Shown here one piece after another: positions 47,480 to 60,278 of a stretch of 64,000 nt of DNA (position 1 is the first letter of the stretch; each line of letters begins with the position of its first letter). The translations under genes and the position numbers were made by a program. The notes under the pieces were generated by a model, which saw only the letters and a list, made by a program, of their open reading frames with translations, was not told the DNA's origin and did not search any database. The DNA lies in NCBI RefSeq assembly GCF_018350175.1, contig NC_058368.1:11594001-11658000 (forward strand), written 5' to 3'. This DNA comes from Felis catus (Eukaryota).

Positions 47480-50400
47480 TCCTCGAGGGCTTTAAACTGG
47501 GAAGTAAGGAACAAGTTCTATGACCCAACACCCTGAAGAGAATGGGGAGGGAACCATGGCTGTTAATGACTTGGGACAGTTTCCCCTGAGGCCTGGTGTG
47601 GCTTGACCTTGTTGGTGCTTCCAAACACCATGTCAAAGCTGAACCTTGCCCTATTGTAAAGAGTTGGAAAGATGCAACTCAACCACTGCCAGCCCCATGG
47701 ATACCACCAAGCCACCGTGGCTAAGGAGACTGCAGCGAGGAGTTCCCAGTCTGTCCTACTGCTCCCTCTTGCTCTTACCCCTCGTGCCTCCAAAGGAGGG
47801 CATGTGAATGCCTACCAGACTCCCAGATAGCCCTCAAGGGCCAGTGCATCCCACTCCACTCTACCTATGAGAACTCCCTTTTTTTTGCATGTGAACAACT
47901 CCCTTCTGTAGAATCTAGCAATGGTACAGGTGTCCCCATGTTTCTATTGTTGGTCACTTCAGCCATGCTCAGAATAGGAGGAATCAGAAGCACACCCACC
48001 TCAGTGTTAACTTGTTTTTTGCTGTGTTTTCCCAAGATGTCCTAAGTCAGTTATAGACAACAGAACAGCAGTTGAATGGAAAACCGTTGGCTGCTGCTTC
48101 TCTGTGAAAGCAGCTGCATCTTTGATTCTAATTTTTAAACCCCTCTTCAGTGTGACTCCTGGGTGGTGAAGGTGGCACATCCAACACCTTCACGTGTAAA
48201 ACACAGGAAGGATTTTCTTGTGTACCGATGGAAGAGGACTTTGGAGCAGATGGCTGTACCTACGCTTTGTTTCTCTCATCTATTCTCCACAGCCCATTCA
48301 TTCTTTTACACCTCTCTTTGTGTGAATAATCTCCTTTTCACTTTTGTGCTTTACTCGAGTCCCATGCTGACAACTGAGCTGGCAACTGTTAGGAAGCTTC
48401 TGGCACTGACAAATCCATCAAATATTTAGTGACGTAGGCCTACTAGGTGCCAGACCTTCTCTCAGAAGCTGAAGAAAAAATATTTCCTGATATCAAGGAG
48501 CTCACAACACGTCTCACAAAGCTACCTTCTAGTAAAATAAAAAGATAATAAGTAACCATATGTCAGGGGGTGCTACCGTAAGGGAGAAAAGGAAGTCAAA
48601 GTACAGGGCAAAGAATGCTGGAGAGGTGCTACTTTCGAGAGCAGAGAAAGCCTCTCTTAAAATATCCTTAAAAAATGTGAAAAAGAACATTGAAATATCC
48701 TCGCTATACAATCATGCCTCAACAGGATTCCCTAGTAACTATAAAAAGCAGATGTATGTGTGTTTGTTCATGAACATCCCTAGTAGGTAAGACCACTTTG
48801 TGTATTACAAAATCTGGAATCTCAGGACCAAGTGCATGATTCTCTGATTCTAATTTCCTCGCTTATAAAATGAAATCAACCATATCGTAGGGTTATTGTA
48901 AAGATCCAATAAGCCAGCGTCTATAAACTGCCAAGCACACAGTTAGCACTCAATAAATGTATACTTTCTTTCCTTTCTCCCTTCTCTTTTCCCGGCTCTT
49001 ACCTTGATAAAACCAGATAGCCTTCTCCCCAAGTCATACACATGATGCCATAGAGATCCTTATGAAGGAACAATCAGAAATTAGGTCAGTTTTTCCTTAT
49101 TGTACAATGTCCTCAATCCATAGAGCCTAGGTCTCTTTAGATAATTTGGAGTGAAAACAAACAATTCCTTATTGGGTTCCTCCAGAGTCTGAATGGGCCT
49201 AGAATGGTGCCATTAAATAGAGAAGAGTTCACTGAAATGCCAAGAGGGAACTAAGTCACTAGATTGAATTACAAATGTTTTATCCTGTGAGTAGATGAGG
49301 AAGGGGCTTCAGACCCTCGGGGGTTGGATATTGACTACATCTCTCTCCAACATACCATAATCAGGATAAATATGAGTACTTATTAAAAAATCTAAATCAT
49401 CCCCTCCCATTGTCCCAGTGGTACCACATTAATAAAGAAAATTAATTCCCTGGTATTTTTTATAGCCAAAGAAATATATCATCAATAATGACAAATAATA
49501 AAAGGTGACTTTCTTACTCTAAGAGTTCATCCAGGTAAACTTAGCCCCTTTAATAGACCACGTAAGCGTTTTTTAATTAAACAACAAATTCAAAACCAAC
49601 TTCATTAGTCTTTCACGAGGTCACTCCCAGTGGCCTCTTCCTTTGGTGCAGAAGTAAAAGCTCTGCACTAGAAATAGGAAGTCATCCCTGTGACCCTGAT
49701 CAAGATGTCTAACTTCTCAGTGTCTTAGGCTTGGATTAGGTTAAGGGAACATCTTGTGCATGTCTGAGATCTTCCTATGAACACATTCTTCCCCTTTCAT
49801 TTCTTCCTCTATTTCTACTGCTTCTCTAGTCATAAACCACACCTGCAATATTATCTTGGTCCAATTCAGCAGCGTGTTCTTCTACTTTCCCAATGGCTCC
49901 AGGACTACGATGGTGGAGAATCTCCTGTATAGCTGGGCAGCCTTTCCACCAAGTAATTATAAACACATATCGCACTGTATATTCTTCCTCCCTGTGAAAC
50001 ATTTAAAGCACAGTCCTTATTCATATTCATAGTCCTTATAGTCCTTATAGTCTATAAGCCTATAGTCCTTATAGTCCTTATTCATCCCAACCTCCAGAGA
50101 GAGGTGTTGTAAGGACCCTCAGAAGGAGCTCAGCAGAGAAGCTTAAAACCCACCTTAGGAAAATCATTAAAAATGTAAAAAAAAAACTAGTAGTTTCTCC
50201 AAGTAGACTTCAGTGAATAAAGATCTGATATGTCCACCTACCTGATCCTTCATTTTCATATACACAGACTTGGAATACCGCAAACTTTCTATTTTGACCT
50301 TGCTTTTATTTATAAGAGCCCTGGCCCCATAAATAAAAATGCATGGCCCAAGCCTGCTGGCCGGGTAGGCCGTGGAGCACAGTATACTTTGGGCTTCAAC

Positions 50401-50884
50401 CTCTCACTACTACAGTTGGCTAACTTAACTGATCCCTTCTCGCTGCTTCCCACACGTCACCGTGTCCGCTTGCAAAGTATACCTTCGTCCTTGCCTCTGT
50501 CTTATCATTGTGTCACGTCAGGAAAGCATCCTCTCGCTTCCTTGGAAAGTTGAGTGCCAAAAAATAATGAAACGGTATGTCACTTAGTGGAACATTTCAT
50601 GTTATCCAGAGACACGAACAAAAGAAAAGATAGCTGTCGGCAAACATCCTTTGCGCCTGACTGAATCCATGTTGCAAACCATTTGTGACACTGCCAGAGG
50701 GAACTGGAACATGGCAAAAGATGCAACGTGTACTAGAGCATGGTTCCTAGACTTTGACTGAAATGTAAAGATTTAAAGAAATTCCAGGGAACTGACATAA
50801 GGTTGGCAACACCTTTCAAATAAGGCCTAAAAACAGAAGGAAAGACCACCCTTTACTCTTGCCATTTCCTTTCAAATGGACAAT

Positions 50885-51226
50885 TTAGTGGTATATCCAT
50901 GAAATGGAATATTATTCAGCCATAAAAAGTAATGAGGTTCTGATATAGGCTACCACCTAGAAGAACCTTGAAAACATTAAGCCAAATGAAATAAACCAGA
51001 CACAAAAAGACAAATATTGTTATGATTCCACTTACATGAGGTATCTAGAGTAGTAAAATACATAACGACAGAAAACAGATCAGAGGTTACCAGGGGCTAA
51101 GGAGAAGCAGGGATGGGGGGTTATTGCTTAATGGGTAGAGTTTCTTGAAACAGATACTGGTGATGGTTGCCCAACATCATATAATTAATGCCACTGAATT
51201 GCACACTTAAAAAATGGTTAAAATGG
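50885..51226 (+). mobile_element. L1M 3' fragment followed by (CA)n at 51248-51272
   Basis: atggaatattattcagccataaaaag...gaaccttgaaaacatta...cacacttaaaaaatggttaaaatgg. Confidence 0.85.
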
Positions 51227-51243
51227 CCCCAAAGGGGGGATAT

Positions 51244-51277
<34 letters not shown>

Positions 51278-53639
51278 AAGCATAGAGGGAAACAGATCGT
51301 CCACAGATGCTTTCATTGATGTAAGAGGAAAGGATAGATGCAGATCCAGGTGAGTTTTTCAGTGCAGCTGTGGAAACAGATAGTTCTGGATCATCTGCTG
51401 AGAGTGAAAGGGTCTTGGGACTGGAATCCTATTTCTTCTATCAACTCGGTACTCCTTTGTGCAGGTTTTGATGTTTCCGGTGATCTGGCTCTGTGTTAAC
51501 CTAACCAACACATTCACAGATATGAACCGCCCACTCGGTCAAGCCATCCTCCTCACTAGCCTAGAACACCCAGCTCTCCCAATTCATGTCGCTAATCCTT
51601 TTTCTTTGTTCAGCCATATCCTCCCCCTCGTCAAGGCCAGCTCAATAACCATTCTCACGTGGCAGAGACGATCTCTTCCATAGTTTTCCTATCTTCCTAA
51701 CCATCCTCAGTGACCAACCTGGTCTTGAACACCAAAAGCATATAAAATGCTCTTCCCCATCAGAGCTCACTTACCCACAGTAGTGTATTGATTATTGTTT
51801 TCCATCTGTTAGTCTTTTGTGAGCTCCTTCTCTTAATCTTATTTATTGAGCAAGTACTAATAGTCTTTTAAGTACGCAGCAACTGCTATTATTGTTGATT
51901 AGTGAATAATTAACAAGAGTTAGTATTTATGTAGCCCACGAATTCCACAGTGCTTTCACACATATAATTATAGGATCACTGTTTACCATAGTATCTTAAA
52001 TCCCCAACAAAAAAACTTATTAATTAGCTCCATTTGAGTGAAAAAGAACCTGAGGTGTCAAAGAATCAAGTTGTGCATGCTAGTTCATATGCTAATAATT
52101 AACAAAATATTTAATAATTACTTGATAACAAAATTAATAACAATAAGTAATTACAATCAATCTTGTGTATTAAAAAAGTCTCCTACTATATTTCCAACTA
52201 AGAATAAACCTAGGAAAGATTTTTCATATAGAAAATGACACATTTATTGTGTTATTTAGTAAGTGTTTTGTCACACAACCTGAGTCTATCTAGCCAAGTC
52301 ATTCCTCAAAACTATTTTCAACTTTAAAAGGTTAACAAGTAACACATATTTGTCATAGAAAAATGAGAAAGTAAGTCTGGTAGGAAAAGTCCATAATCCT
52401 ACTATCTAATGTCAACAACCACCAACAGATACCTTTTTACACATTTCATGTGAGTATATGTAGACCCTCTTTCTTTGAACAGAAAATGGGATTTTTGATA
52501 GACAGCTTTGTTATTAGGCTTTTTACCTTAATTGGGGGAATGAATATATTTGCATGTCAAATACATCTATGTCCCCATTAATGACTGCATGACTTATAAG
52601 CTAATCCTCTATTTCTGTATGTTTAAGTTGGCTCACATTTTTTTTTTCTATCATATAAAAAACTCTGTGATGAACACTCCCCTATATTCATGAGCTTGTC
52701 CAATTACTACCTTAGGATGAATTCCTGGAAGTAGGAATTACAGGTCAATGGTAAGAAACTATTTTTGAAATGTTTGTGGTTTGTGTTTTGTTTTGTTTTC
52801 CATGAAATAGAGGTGATAAAACAGATTTAGGGGGCATGCTAAGTTTTTAGTATTCTGTTGTACTCAAATTTTTTTAAAACCTGGTAAAACTCTGTTTTTT
52901 AAATATGTCCAAAGAATTTAAATAGAAGGTTTCAACATTCAAGCCCCTTCAAACTATAAAAACATATTGGTTGAAAAGCATAAAAATCTAACAGTGACTT
53001 GGAAGACAAGACATATCCTAATTTCAATAACTTTTATTATTTCTTTAATCAAATGAGAAATAACAGCAGAAAAAGAAGAACCCACATTTGTAAAAACGAT
53101 CTCCTCCAATTTTTAAAATTTTTATTTTTCGGATTCAAAAAATACATATTCATTATAGAAAATTTGGAAAATACATAGAAGAAAATATGAATTTCCAAGA
53201 ATCCAACAATACATAAGAGAGCCTTACAGTTTTACTACTTTCTACACATGTGTACTTTTTAACAATTTGCCATTTTCCTTCTCTCGCCCACCCGACGCCC
53301 CAGAAGAGAGGCGAAGGCAGGTCCTTGAGGACCACGGCCTGTGACATCCACCATACCACTCTGTCCTTACTGCAGGCCTCCCTTCTTGCTGAGCTGTGGC
53401 CTGGTTCCTTGCTTACTCCCCAGACTGCTTTGTAAATGCACCGCCCCCCCTCCAAAGTGCCAAGGCTCCTCTGCCTCCAGAAGTCCCAAGCGGGAGAACT
53501 CACAAAGTCAACTTCCAGCTAGCTGCCTGCTTCATTTCAGGGCCAGGCTTCTCCCAAGTGACACCTTGAAGATTTATCTCAGCTGATCAACGTCTGAAGC
53601 AGCAACTAATACCTCTTAAAATGTATATAGCACGTTAAA

Positions 53640-54250
53640 GTTTAGCGAGTTCTCTCACACACATTTAACCTCTGCAAGAGTCTTCTGAAGTGAACAGAGC
53701 AGATATCCTTATTTAACAGAGAAGGAAACAAGGTGCAGAGGAGCCGAGGAAAGATCATACATAGCTAGTGAGTGGCAGAGCTTGGACTGGAAGCCATAAA
53801 TTGACTCCAAGGTCAGAGCTCTTTACCTAGCCATTAAACCGTGCTTAAGTCTGACAACTAGAAATTAAGAACCAGAAGGGTCTTCAACAGATCACCTCAT
53901 CTAATCCCTTCTCAGTATTCACACATAAGGAAAATGAGTCCCCGAGAAGCTAGGTGATTGCCGAAAGTCACCAGCTTTCGTGATGAAGAGAATCTAAAGG
54001 CACAATCTTCAGACTCCCAGGCCAGTGCTCACGCCAGTCGTCCCTAGAGAGATGTTCTTTAATAAGCTGGTCTCTCATCCGGTGTCTTCTGCTTAGCCAA
54101 ATGTCAACCAGGAATTAAAATCCTAAAAGTGTAGAATGTTAGAGCCAGAAGGAACCTTAAAGACCACCCAGGCCAACCCACTCACTTTACAGATGAGGAG
54201 TCTAAGATCCAGAACCCATGGCTTCCGACATTCAATTCTATGCACTTTCC
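53640..54250. mobile_element. Cluster of MIR/MIR3 relics
   Basis: acagagaaggaaacaaggtgcagag...agctagtgagtggcagagc; tagaatgttagagccagaaggaacctta...tttacagatgaggag. Confidence 0.65.
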
Positions 54251-55129
54251 TTCCAACGCATCCTATCACTTCCCTTCTGAGTAGTTAAAAACAAAATCTG
54301 GCCAAAGATGTTTACTTCCTTCTTTGACATTCAGTGTGCCACAGGACACAGATCAGCAAAGTCAAAGTGAAACTAAATGGGATTTGAATTCAGAAGATAC
54401 TTAGTTTGTAACAGATGTACCCACCATGACTGTAGCATGAAATATCCAAGTTCTGCTGCGTTCTAAGCAGCCTCCCCCACTCTCCACCCTCCACCTCCAT
54501 AACCAGACAGCAGGTCTATTGAAATGTGTGTGTCGTAGGAAAGGGCACCAATGACCCTTTGGAAGTCACCCATCCTTTAATCTGTGAAAATGTAGCAATA
54601 TTGTTTGGCTAAAGACTTTTACTCCACAAATCAGCCAGGAATCCTGATTAAAGCTGGCAGCACATCACCAAGGCTGTCACAGTTCCTTGACCCCAGTGGA
54701 CCCAGATCCTGCTCTCACCATCTTTGTATCATCTGTGTATCATCCAAATCAGCTCCTGAAAGTATGCTACCTTGATTCTCCTGTAGCAGGTCCATGGTTC
54801 TATGGCTAGCCTTCTTTCTCTAATGAGATGGAAAGCTCTTTGAGGGCAAGGCACGACTTCTGCCTTTGCCCCTAGCGTCAAGAAACTTGAAGAAGGGTAA
54901 ACAAAACCATGTGTAAAACCAAGCGCAGTCACAGAGGTGTAAACAGGAAGCCAAGGAGCCCAGAAGAGAGCATCTACTGGTGGGGAGGGGTAGCTGCTGG
55001 GTAAGGTAACAGATCCGAGCCTTAAAGGGCTAGTGGAATCAGTCGGGCAAAGGTAGGCGGAAGGCAAGCCAGGCAGGCGGGCCAGCGTCAGCAAAAGCAA
55101 GGAGAGAAAACAGTTCAACGTTGCCGGAG

Positions 55130-56570
55130 CATCAAGTGCAAGGCGGGGAGTGGTGGGAACTGAGGCTGTAGCGGTGGGCCCAGCTCCGAGGCGGCAGGCA
55201 ACAAGCCCGCGTAATTCGCGCTGACCTGCACGGGGAGGGCCGCTTACGCAATTCGCGAGTAAACGAATTTGGGCGCCCATTACGAGGCTCTGTCAATGAC
55301 CGCCAGCCGCGGCCGCGCCGGCCCCCTCCCCCTTGCACCTGTGCGCCTTCGCAGCTGCCAAAGCAAACGCAGCGCTGCCTTAATCCGCTAGATTTTCAAC
55401 GCGGGCCGCACGCCCCCCCCCACCCGCCCCCCGGCCGCGGCCACTGCTGCCTTGGGTCCCCCGCCCCCTGGCCCTCTCGCGTCTCCGCTCGGGTTTAAAA
55501 CGCCTGTTGACGCACTGTGGCGAGTGCCTGCGCGCTAGCGGGCGGCCCCGCGGTTTTCTCTGCAGTCGCCACCGGGGTTCCTGAAGAAGAATCCCTGCGG
55601 GCCTCCCGACCCCGGGCTGGGGGCGGCCAAGGCTCCCTCGGCCCGGCTGGCCCGGGGCCTGGCTCGGCGGCCGGGCAGGGGCCGGTGCCATCTGGGGCTT
55701 GCGCAAGGCGCAGTGCCGAAATCCGTTCTCCCGGGAAAGCGCAGCATGGAAACAAACAGGACGGGCCGCCCTCCTCTCCCGGCCCGCGGCCAGGCGGGCA
55801 CCGGGGACGGCGCGGGCTCCCCCGCAGCCGGGCTCGGGCCGGGGCCGGGGCCAGGACCCCGGGCGGGCGCGGCGGCGGCGGCGGCGCGGGGTGGGGGGGG
55901 CACGGGGCGGAGCGGCTCGGGGCAGGGGCTCGCTCGGCCGGGGTCCGCGCGCCGGCGCCCAGGCCGATGTCATTACCTGGCCAGTGTAGTTTTCCCCGAG
56001 CCCGGGAGGCCTCGCAGGAGGTAGAGATGTTTCCTAAAGCTGTGGCGGCGCGGAGGTGTCCCACGCGGGGGCGGCGGGGCCGGCGGCCGAGGTTGCTGCT
56101 GCTGCTGTTGCTGGAGGCTCAGCCTCCCAAAGGATTCAAGAAAACTCTCCTCCATGGGGTGGGGGCCGGCTGCGAGAGCCCCGGGTTTCCTTTCCTGAAG
56201 TCACGGTCTTGGCCAAAGCTGTTGTTTTTGTGGCTCTCCGGCCATGTGATAGATGGAGGGGCGGGCGCTCGGAGGCCAGCCCCTCCTTCCCACCCGACCG
56301 AACCGCGCTGCGTGGGAGGGGGCGTCCCTACCTGGAAAGCTGGGGACGCTGGGAGACTGGCAGCTAGGAAAACCTGAGTGACGCGCTCTCCCCGACCCAC
56401 CTCCCCCCACCCCCCCGTCCCGCTCTCGGACTCCCTCCCTTGCCTCTCGGTGCCTTTCGCCCAGTGGCGGGAGGGCCTGCCTGTTGGGACACTGGGACAC
56501 TTCCCCCGGGCCGCCCGCCGTGGAAGTCGGGCTCTCTGCAACAGCCCTCCTCCACCCCACCCCCGACTGG
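55130..56570. promoter_or_regulatory. CpG island / N4BP2L1 promoter and first intron
   Basis: Abrupt rise in GC and CpG density, GC boxes (e.g. gaggggcggg ~56256), E-box-like CATGTG at 56243; overlaps exon 1. Confidence 0.9.
55977..56155 (-). CDS. N4BP2L1: N4BP2L1 exon 1 coding part (179 nt): polyQ7, Pro-rich segment, Walker A GLPGSGKT
   Basis: [60 protein letters not shown]; donor GCCAG|gtaatg; lies in a CpG island. Confidence 0.95.
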
Positions 56571-57644
56571 CCTAGACCTTGAAAGTGAAATAATTTTAGT
56601 TGACGATTACAGAACGTGAACAGCATTTTGAATAGTTAAGTCCATTGTCCTCCCCAATTTGTGAGCACCAATATCTGGCTAGTGTCCCAGCTGCTAATAC
56701 CACTGTCCCGGGCCTCTATCGTTTTTGGGTGTTTTTTTTTAATCCTTCTTTATCAGCCTGCCAAAAAACATTCTTAGAAAGCTTTGCTGCCTCAACATAA
56801 CTTTAAGTCTCTCCATTGGAAAAAGCACCCCTTAAAACTCAGATTGATCTATCAATAGTAGCATAAACTGGGGCTCACTGGAAGGAAAGACCATATTGCC
56901 CAGGTCACGGGAAGGAAAGACCATATTGCTCTGCTTCCATCTGAAAAGACATGGCCTCCCCGGGAAAAGGAGCAGTCTACGGAAATCCTTTCTAGAGAAG
57001 TATCCAGAATTGAGTTCTAAGTTCCAGGAACTGGTGAGCGCCAGTTGGTTGATCACCATAGCACTCTCCAGTATTTCACACTCAAGAGTGTGACAGAGAG
57101 ATCCTATTTTTTGAACCAAAATTCAAGACGCATGGACTGAAAGAGACAATATTAAAAATACCATGCTGGAAAGATCCAGGAGGTATGGTGGCTTTGGCTG
57201 TAATAACTATTGTAAAGTACATACATTTTGCTTTTGGCAGCCAAGGTATGAAAATTTTGAAAAGGAATTGTGAAGAAAAGCAACTTCCTTCTTAAACAAA
57301 ATCCAGAGATTTCACAAGAAACTTTGGAAGGAAGGCCCAAGAGGGAGGGGCTCTGTGCTGAGAATCCAACCTTGGGATTCCCCTGGAGCGGTGGGGGAAG
57401 GGAGATGAGCTGCTCTTCCTTGAAAATCCCTTCCTAGAATCAGAGGTAGGATCTTGACACTGCTGAGAAACATGAGAATTTCAAAAGCTGCTTTACATAT
57501 TAGGGGAAAACCATAAGGAACAGAGAACACACATGACTCATAAAAATAGCGATGCTTTCATGTACATATCCCTTACTTCTGTGTGTTCTATCATACTTCT
57601 TACCAGAGTGTTTTTGCTCAGCCTCAAATACTACCCTTTTCGTT

Positions 57645-57940
57645 CTAGACTTGCACTATCCAAAACGAGTACCACCAGCCACATGGGGCTGTTGAGCACT
57701 TGAAATGTAGCTAGTACAAATAGAGATTAAAATACACACTGAATTTTGAAGGGGCAGTATGAAAAAAAGGTAAAATATCTCAGTAATTTTTTATATTGAT
57801 TATGTGTTGAAGTGATAATATGTTGGGTGCATTGGGTTAGTATGTTATTAAAGTTGATTTCATTTGTTTCTTTTTGCTTTTTTAATGTGGCTACCAGAAA
57901 AGTTTAAATTACATGTGTGGCTGGGGTGCTTCTATTAGTG
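57645..57940. mobile_element. MER33/MER3-like hAT-Charlie relic
   Basis: agccacatggggctgttgagcacttgaaatgtagctagt...ttaatgtggctaccagaaaagtttaaattacatgtgtggct. Confidence 0.8.
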
Positions 57941-60066
57941 CTACATGAGACCTCCATCCACTTCTATGTTCCTCTACAGAGGGGGGCCCTAGGCAACGTG
58001 GGAGGGGGCACAGGAGGACACACAGCTTTGGGGTCTAGAGGTCTTGGCACAAGGAATCTGCAGGGTCTGTGGCAGATGGAACTACCAAGTAGAGGCTGGG
58101 AAATACGAGTGTGCTGTTCAGAAGACAGGTCTGAGCTAGAGACAGAGTTTTGGAAATCCTTCCCTATGAAAAGAAGACAGACAATAGAGCAGACGGCTGA
58201 AGAGGGGGGCCAGGAGACACCAGCATTTGAGGATTGTGTCTCTGAAGGGCATCTGCCAAAGGAGAGTGTGAGAGAATGGTCAGCCAAGCAGACAGAACTC
58301 CAAGGTAGAGAGAGGTGTATGGAGGCGCAGGGAGAAAGAGCTTCAGGAGCAGAAAATGGTCAGCAGTACCTGGAAGGGACCCTAGACACTTTTCCTTTCC
58401 CTCAAACCCCACGTTTAACTAGTCAACAAGTTCTGGCTGTTCTCTCTGATTTATTCCTCAAAACCACCGTTTAAAGCTATTGTCTGTGTATCTGTTTCCT
58501 CCCACTAGACCGTAAATAGAAACGATGTCACCCTTACCACCCCAAGATCTAACAACATAGCCTGACATTCGGAAGATGTATGGGTCCACAATTGTAATGT
58601 GGACCTAAACTACTTTCTCCACAGGCAGGTGTGACGATGATAATGTGAGCTAAGGAGCAGTCAGTAAACATACTGACAGATCTGAGGGCCAGCTTGCTGT
58701 TAGCCTGCATTCAAATCTTTCCTGGTTCTATCTAGGTGCCAGCCTCCAGAGAGCTGGGCTACCCTCCAAGTCAGAGGACCCCTGTGATAACACTCCTTAG
58801 TGCCCTCATCTCAACCAACCAACTCTTGAGCTCTGGGGTTTCGTTCCATTTCTCGCTTACGTGATGACCAGCACAGTCCCACTTTGCTGCACCAGAAACC
58901 ACTACGAAGACAGATGTAAAGAAAACTGTAGGTCATTTTCGGCAAATGAAGATACATTCCAATGTTTCTCTAATTGCCACTGTTTAAAAGACATGGAAAA
59001 ATGAGGAGGTACACAAGAGGGGCTACTGAAAACCAGGAACTTAACCCTCAAACCTACGGTTCCAAATAACCCAGGATTTGGAATGCTTGATTATGAATCG
59101 GCCCCAGGTTTCCACCCCAGAGATGCCGAGATGGCAGAAAGTCTGAAGCCAGGATGGAGCTTCCCAAGACCCTTTAACACCGTAGAGCCATTTCAAACAT
59201 GTAGGCAGTAGCTTTCGCAACTCTCTCTAGTCCTGTGTCTCTTCTTTCCCTACCAAGAATTATCTAATTTTTTTACTCAAAAACATACATTAGTCTTATG
59301 TCCACGTGTATTCCTCTTGTTATATAAGTGGTGTGCATGGACAGGACAGGAAAGACGTCTACCTTTGCCTGCTTAACTGTTTCTGCGGCGGACTCCTGAT
59401 TGTTCTGCCGCCTCCAGCTTGCACCTGCTGTCACCTTTCTGCATAATCTGACCAGTGAGAGGTAGGACCGTCCTCCTCTCTTCTCACACTGCTCCCTCCC
59501 TGCTCTTCTCTTCTCCTTCCCCTAGAAGCCACGTGGAGGCGGAAGGAAGCTAGAAGTTAGGGGCAGGGGGACAAGGGAAGAGAAGTCATGTGGCCTCTGT
59601 GTTCCACCTGGCTGAACTGACAGAGGAAATGCACAGGACTCTGGTGGCCTGGGAGAGGCCCGCCACGCAGAATGTTCTCTGGACAAGGCTGTGCCCCACC
59701 TGCTTCTGCCTCCCTGCCTCCCACATTCCATCCGTTACTCTTTTCAGTGCCACACCCCTCCCCCAAGGGGAGGACCATATCTTTTCCACAGCATCTATGT
59801 GCCTCTGTACACAAAGGCACTTGAGGATTATAAGCTTTGAGGAGGAAGCCTGGGAGCAGAAGGGTAGCCCCAGCCCATTTTTCTAAAGCTCCATTCTGGA
59901 AATTAGGGCAAGATAATAAAGACAGTGCCTGGGAAAAACTAGGGACATTCTGGAACCCAAATACAAGCTGGGTAGATGGTCAGCCGGTTTGTACCAATAT
60001 AGCATAAAGGTGTTTCAGAACGGGTCGCTACTTATGCTACACTCACTGTTAAAATATTTTTGTTAA

Positions 60067-60278
60067 TTTTGTTAATGTTTATTTATTTTTGAGAAAGAGA
60101 GAGACAGAATGTGAGTAGGGGAGGGGCAGAGAGAGAGAGGGAGATACAGAATCTGAAGCAGGCTTCAGGCTCCGAGCTGTCAGCACAGAGCCTGACACGA
60201 GGCTTGAACTCACAAAACTCAAGATCAGGACTTGAGCTCAAGTCGGACACTTAACCAACTGAGCCACCCAGACGCCCC
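60067..60278 (-). mobile_element. Can-SINE
   Basis: Reverse SINE; TSD tca(c/t)tgttaaaat. Confidence 0.93.

Noticed and set aside
49003..49284. Possible cassette exon on the - strand (ctcacag|...AAG|gtaaga)
   Set aside because: Good splice motifs only; such pairs arise by chance in a 26-kb intron and no coding signal was seen
55380..56626. Several long ORFs (up to 286 aa) on both strands over the CpG island
   Set aside because: Low-complexity Gly/Arg/Pro/Ala translations expected from stop-poor GC-rich DNA; only 56155-55977 has a recognisable protein and splice donor
57917..58474. 185-aa ORF
   Set aside because: Overlaps the MER33 end and L2-like purine-rich sequence; no recognisable domain or exon structure
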